A stretch of 64,000 nucleotides of DNA from Bugula neritina. Lineage: Eukaryota; Animalia; Bryozoa. The notes under the pieces were generated by a model. It made no database searches and had not been told where the DNA came from. It was given only the letters and a program-made list of their open reading frames with translations. Location of the stretch: assembly GCA_964035545.1 (NCBI GenBank), contig OZ037765.1, positions 19,220,995 to 19,284,994 on the forward strand, in the 5' to 3' direction. Made by a program: the position numbers and the translations under genes. This document shows, piece by piece, positions 50,021 through 64,000 of the stretch (position 1 is the first letter of the stretch; each line of letters starts with the position of its first letter).

Positions 50021-51785
50021 TTTCTTTACTGCAAAGTACATATCAGATGTAAAAATGCAAATTTACACATTTTAAATGAAAGTTTGGTTGTCAATATATA
50101 GATAATGATTTTATGACACTTAATTAAATAGGTATACATATCAAAACTATTTGTCCAAAGAGCATAGCACTTTCAAATCATTAATGTGTTGCACAAAACT
50201 AATGTTTTTATCAAGCAATTTTAAACCTATCAAGCTGAAAATTATATTTTTAGTTTTGCTACCGTTATATATTTAATGTGCAGCTGAATAACATGAAGCT
50301 CATTATTTCAGCTAATAGTCTACAATATGTTATCAAAAACATAGATAGGTAAAAGCTGAAAATTTTCATGCAACATAATATTTATACCCTGAGTTCTGTT
50401 GCATAAAACTGTGAGCTGGAAGCATACAAGTGAATTCTTTAATGTTTACCAATTATTTCATTTAGATAATTTTTGCAATACCATACTTACTAATTCAAAT
50501 TCCCAGCAGTTTTATTCTATTCGTTAGCTGCTACTACTTTAGAAATGAGAAGCTGTAAACCAGCTAGTGTATTTAATCAGTACTTGCTATGCAGTGGATG
50601 TATAACGCAGGACCAGTGGAGTGTAAAGCAATAAAAATCTCGAGATTTGATTGGTACTGAAAATAGAGATAAAAATAGCACAGTGGATAAATTAACCTAG
50701 CATCACTGAGGAGATTGTATTTGTTTCCAGGGATCCAGTTTCGGCGTATACAATTACTTATTCTCTAATTATATGCAGCATTTGAGATTTAGAGACAGCT
50801 ATATTTGCTTATATAATATTATAACATTGTTGCTATGCAAGCTTTCAGAGAGATATGTACAAACATATTTTGAATAGATAGCTAATGTTTTTAGCGTACT
50901 AAAACCACCCCACAACCTGAGTAATACGAAATAAAAATCTATTCATCGTAATCCTACACTGTTAAATATGATACTTTTCGTTTGCTATAAAAACAATACT
51001 TTGGTTGGAGGTTTCCTCTTTATCGTTTGTAATATCATACTTTGCTCTCTAAAATAGCTCCAAAAGATTAGAGACAGATAATATTTCCCTTTGAAACTGT
51101 TTGTTTCAATAAAATAAAACTGATTACAATAGAAGTAGATTACATGAGAATTTTCTATTAGATTTAGTAAAAGAGTTGAGTAAATTGATAAAAGCAGTAG
51201 ATTCTTTAGTTATTTCATATCTGGCTGCGTGTATAGAAAAAACTTAGTTAATTTGAGGTTGCTAATCTAGAACTTTAATTTGTGTAAAAGTTGTTAGATA
51301 ATATATTTAGGTTTGTGTTTTTAAAAGAAAAACTAACAATTGATGCTGGTTGCAATCAAAGGAAATTACCCTTATAAAACCTGTCAACCACTAACTGCCA
51401 ACAATTATATAGCTTTAAAAAAGGCAAAATGTGTGACAGAATTTCCAGGATTAAAAAATATATTTGTGTGCAATGTGAATTCATAAAAAATTTTTTGACT
51501 CAGTTACAGCTGGGTAACAGCAAAGGTTATATAACTAGTGTTTAGTAGATTGAGATTGTGTTTGAGCTATATCTTTCACACACGCAAGCACACATGTTTC
51601 CCATTTAGTAAAAATCTCATCAAGCATTTTTAACTAAAACCTTTTACTCTAGCATGCAAAATGAAAATTTTATTATAAGTTCTCTTAAACTACTCTTTCA
51701 GTTGCTGGTACGTTTTGGCTTATTTGACAGCTGCTTGCTTATAGTCTATTATTATTATTCTTTGGTTATTACTTATAAAGCATGT

Positions 51786-52060
51786 GGGAAGCAGCCATAA
51801 TCTAGGGGTTAGAGCATTGGCTTAGTAAACTCGGGGTCATAGGTTCAAACCCCAGTAAAGGCCAATGGTGATGTTAAGAAGGGCATCCAGTCATAATTGC
51901 TCTTCTGTCACATATGAATAAGTCCTTAACTCGACTTGGAAAAAAACCCTTTCTATCAGAGGTTCTCACAGGAATAGTGACTATATACTTGCTGTGAATA
52001 CTTACCAAGTGTGTCCAGATGGTGGAGTGCTCATGAGTAATAATGACAATGGGATAATAC
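51786..52060 (+). mobile_element. tRNA-derived SINE, copy 1
   Basis: A/B-box-like head (TCTAGGGGTTAGAGC, GGTTCAAACCC) followed by GGTGATGTTAAGAAGGGCATCCAGTC; a homologous copy lies at 54358-54900. Confidence 0.7.
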
Positions 52061-52606
52061 TATTATGGCAAAGTTGTATAAGTATGTTTATTTTACAACA
52101 CCTATAGGCACTATAGTGCAATTTAACACATTATAATTGACACATAATTGAATAAAACACAACTTTTAATCAAAATATTGCAGTATATAATATCATAGTT
52201 TCCTACTCATTCAATACTTTAAGTGGAATTGCAAAAAAAATTAGCTTAAATGAAAAATCAGAAATAGTTACATAATTATATTCGGCTGACAAGTGTAGGT
52301 TGTTAACGTTTATTTCACAGAAACTTGATAATTAATGAATATTTTAAATTTACCAGAAATATTTTGCATTAATCAAGAATTATTTGGAATATATTTAATA
52401 TGTTATTAGCAATTCTTAATATTCTAATAAGCTAGTATTTTAAAAGAATAACAATTGCTGCAAAATTCCTTTCCATTGACTAATTAAAAAGGACTACTAG
52501 CATGAGAAAACACAACTTTTCTCTGGAGTAGAAGTTTTATACTGGCATTCTATATAATCCCTCTTCCCATATTCTGATGCCAGTGGCTCATTTAAAATAT
52601 ATGTAA

Positions 52607-61663
<9,057 letters not shown>

Positions 61664-63386
61664 TTTTTCAGCTGTAAAATAACAATTTTACAGCATCCAG
61701 AATTTTATTAAACCTAAAAGATGGTCGTTCTACAGCTTGGCATCAAAAAGCGACAGAGTTAATCTACTACTTGGGATACCAAGTATGCAGTGAATTTAGT
61801 AAACATATGCAATCCTAGGGACACTGTGAAAAGGTAAAGGTTTCTAAACACAGTTACCTCTTACATGGATTTGATAGTTAGAATAATCTTATAGTATGAA
61901 TCCTCTATAACTTCAATTACAAAATATAGGAAATATTGCACTCACACATTGTAAATCCCAGAACTTAGTTTTATGCTCCTCTGTAGCTGCTGCTAATCTA
62001 ACAGTGGCAGTTGCATATCAACTAGTGTGATTGACCTGTACGCTCACTGCACAGGCCAATCAACGTATGGAAGTAGATAATTACTGTCACACGGTTGAAT
62101 CCCTTGATCTGCTAGGGCCTAGGTACTAAATATGTTAGAACAAAAATAGCAACTGCGTAATACATTCTAGTGCCACTCAGCAGGTAGTGTCAGTTCTATT
62201 CATCCATAAACCTCTGAAATGCTTTGCACATATTTCTATAATCTGCTTCTATGCAGTATTTGAGATCAAAGAACAATTTTGTAGTATGATAGTTGATAAG
62301 GACATTGCTGGAGCAGTTGTCTACATACTTGAACATAATATCATACATACATACCTGAATGTTTGTCTGAAAGCTCTCGAGCTATAAATACAACTATTTC
62401 ATCATTTGAAAGTTAGTTTGTGTTTGCAATGTAATCGTACAAATTAATGTAATTTTCTAAATAAGTAATGACTGGCCATGCTGCAATAATGAAAATTTGG
62501 GAAATAAAGCTCCATGATTATCGAAAGATATCACTAAAATATAATATATTTGACAGATGCTGGTAAACAAATAAGACATAGTTTAAAAATATACAACTCA
62601 AAAGGTCATTCTACTAAGAAAAACAAGTAAAACTGGAAATAATTATAGAACACACATCTCATCAGCTTATTATATTATAAATCAAATAATATAAAATCAG
62701 AGGTTTTATTATAAGAAGTAACCAGAAACTGATCCCAGAGAAAACTCTTGCTCTTATTTATATTTGAATAATGGAAAGCAACAAAAACAAAATAACCCTT
62801 TGAAGTTGTTTTTTCTATGCATAGTCTCTATCCTCTTTGTATTGTAGGTTACTCAGAGGGCTGTGGAAAGTCTACAATGAGATATTCATTTACATTATGT
62901 ATATGATATGTAATATATACTGTTCCTTTTTCACATAATGACATAATAGCAGGTTGCTGAAACAACCATGGGGAATGAGTTAGGACGCTTTCAGATTCCC
63001 TACGCTTAGGGGTAACTGTAGGCCCCACGCGATGACCATTCGGTAACCATCACGCGTAGAGCGCAATTATTCAAGCAATTACAGTAATTTTACTCTGACA
63101 TTGCATCATTTTTTGTAAACGGGTGTAAGTGATAGACTAGGTAGTTACCCCTACGCGTACCCAGGGTACCCTTGGTTACCGAATACGAGTACCCTGGCAT
63201 CGACTAAAGTATTAGCCTTAGTAACTGCTGTTAATTGTTTATGACTCAATACACAAAAGAATAGACACTTAGTGTCAAATTTTCTATTAAGGCTAATAAA
63301 GCTTCAACCATAAAACCTTGCAAAAATTTCCACTATAATAGGTATAGACTACAGAAACATTTGAAGTATAATATTTGCATAGTTAC

Positions 63387-63542
63387 TTAGTGATAACCAG
63401 CAGCTAGATTAGACACCCTAGCCATGAGACTAGTGGCAGATTTCTTACTTAGCAGAAGTTCTTTAAACCATTCTGTAACACCGACATCGGGGTCCTTATC
63501 TATCATCACACTGACTGACTTTCTAAGAAGTGGCTTGCTCAC
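63387..63542 (-). CDS. Terminal exon of a third acyl-CoA synthetase-like paralogue (rest of the gene lies beyond the window)
   Basis: After a CAG acceptor: VSKPLLRKSVSVMIDKDPDVGVTEWFKELL...GYH*, homologous to the last exons of A (TNKKKLKEEVEAMVEKDGNAGITDWFQ) and B. Confidence 0.72.
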   Translation of the reverse strand: MSKPLLRKSVSVMIDKDPDVGVTEWFKELLLSKKSATSLMARVSNLAAGYH

Positions 63543-64000
63543 CTGATTTGAAAACATAAACAATAAAATAAAATAGTTATACTATATTCATGTTTTAGAA
63601 TAAGGATTTGGTTGACATTAGACGGCAAAATTGAAAGAATCTATAAATATATTTCACAGCTTAGAACAACTATAAGCTTCTTTGAAACAGGTATTCTCTA
63701 GCTGCAAAAATTAGCACTTTTGAGTTATTTCTTGCTATACTTTTTTTAGCCTATTCATTGGTTTCCAATGAAATAATGTATGTTTTAAAGCCTAATTATT
63801 ACTAAACATGATATTGCAAGATGCCTGTTCTGGAAAATTATAAATAGAGTATCTATTTGTACAAAATCATAGTCTGGCTACTGACATCCCAGACACCCAC
63901 CAGTTTGTCTACTAAGTTAATTGATGTCTTTCAACATTGTGATAAGACATAAAAATGATAGAATTTTTTGCTACACAAAAATGGGAAAGTAGGTGATCCT

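Noticed and set aside
62187-62387. 66 aa ORF with slight resemblance to the ACS last exon or an endonuclease fragment
   Set aside because: Wrong strand for the cluster, no convincing motif, and no supporting exons.

Overview
AT-rich, intron-containing genomic DNA from an invertebrate animal (inferred from spliceosomal genes, caspase, cofilin and the repeat landscape; species not identifiable from the sequence alone). From left to right: (1) an ~11 kb tandem satellite array with ~680/~785 bp monomers, interrupted by a young 2.66 kb gag-protease-only LTR element; (2) a 5-exon ADF/cofilin gene (- strand) with a pogo-type transposon remnant in intron 1; (3) a 12-exon, ~1234 aa gene (- strand) whose exons splice in frame to fuse LRRs, a Roc GTPase and a COR domain directly to a complete caspase (C14) domain, which is the most notable feature of the window; (4) an intact Gypsy-type LTR retrotransposon inside an RTE-like LINE remnant; (5) a tandem cluster of at least three AMP-binding acyl-CoA synthetase-like paralogues (- strand), one of which carries an intronic ~272 nt unit bounded by type I hammerhead ribozymes. 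MITEs, tRNA-derived SINEs and microsatellites are scattered throughout. All exon models were built by eye from splice signals and reading-frame phase; none is backed by transcript data.
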